From assembly GCF_004376175.1 (NCBI RefSeq), contig NZ_SNUY01000023.1:1-6990 (forward strand): DNA of 6,990 bases, given 5' to 3'. The notes beneath the pieces were generated by a model. It did not search any database, was not told where the DNA came from, and worked only from the letters and a program-made list of their open reading frames with translations. The DNA is from Halalkalibacterium halodurans. Lineage in GTDB: Bacteria; Bacillota; Bacilli; Bacillales; Bacillaceae_D. The stretch's first letter is position 1; each line of letters starts with the position of its first letter. Both the position numbers and the translations under genes were made by a program. Below are positions 6,973 to 6,990 of this stretch, in pieces.

Positions 6973-6990
6973 ATGAATCATCTTACTACA
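6973..6990 (+). CDS. Possible start of a plus-strand ORF (MNHLTT..), only 6 codons visible
   Basis: ATG at 6973 is preceded by AAGAGG with an 8-nt spacer. This competes with the reading that a minus-strand gene ends at TGA 6980-6978 (..VVR*) just before the hairpin/T6 terminator. The two cannot be separated from 18 nt. Confidence 0.25.

Overview
Bacillus-like (Bacillaceae) chromosomal segment in which every well-supported gene is on the minus strand. Right to left: (i) a 698-bp AT-rich spacer with no ORF in the supplied track (6275-6972), carrying several strong RNA-type structures. (ii) A tightly packed N-acetylmuramic-acid recycling operon, murQ (etherase), murP-like PTS EIIBC and mupG-like DUF871 6-phospho-N-acetylmuramidase (6274 down to 2922), with a sigmaA-type promoter, a cre-like box and a candidate terminator. 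(iii) A 357-aa TPR-repeat protein. (iv) Thioredoxin reductase trxB with a clear intrinsic terminator. (v) At the left edge, one end of an ISL3-family insertion sequence: a terminal inverted-repeat tip and the first 97 codons of its transposase. That ORF is absent from the supplied track because it runs off the window. I see no rRNA, tRNA or CRISPR array, and no multi-gene protein system of unknown function; all large ORFs belong to well-known families. The only candidates for something undescribed are non-coding. They are an orphan plus-strand terminator with no gene upstream, an 86-nt element closed by a perfect 10-bp inverted repeat, a start-less frame encoding a single-TM peptide that ends inside that element, and a long interrupted hairpin at the right edge. 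All family assignments come from motif recognition and recalled homologues, not from a database search.
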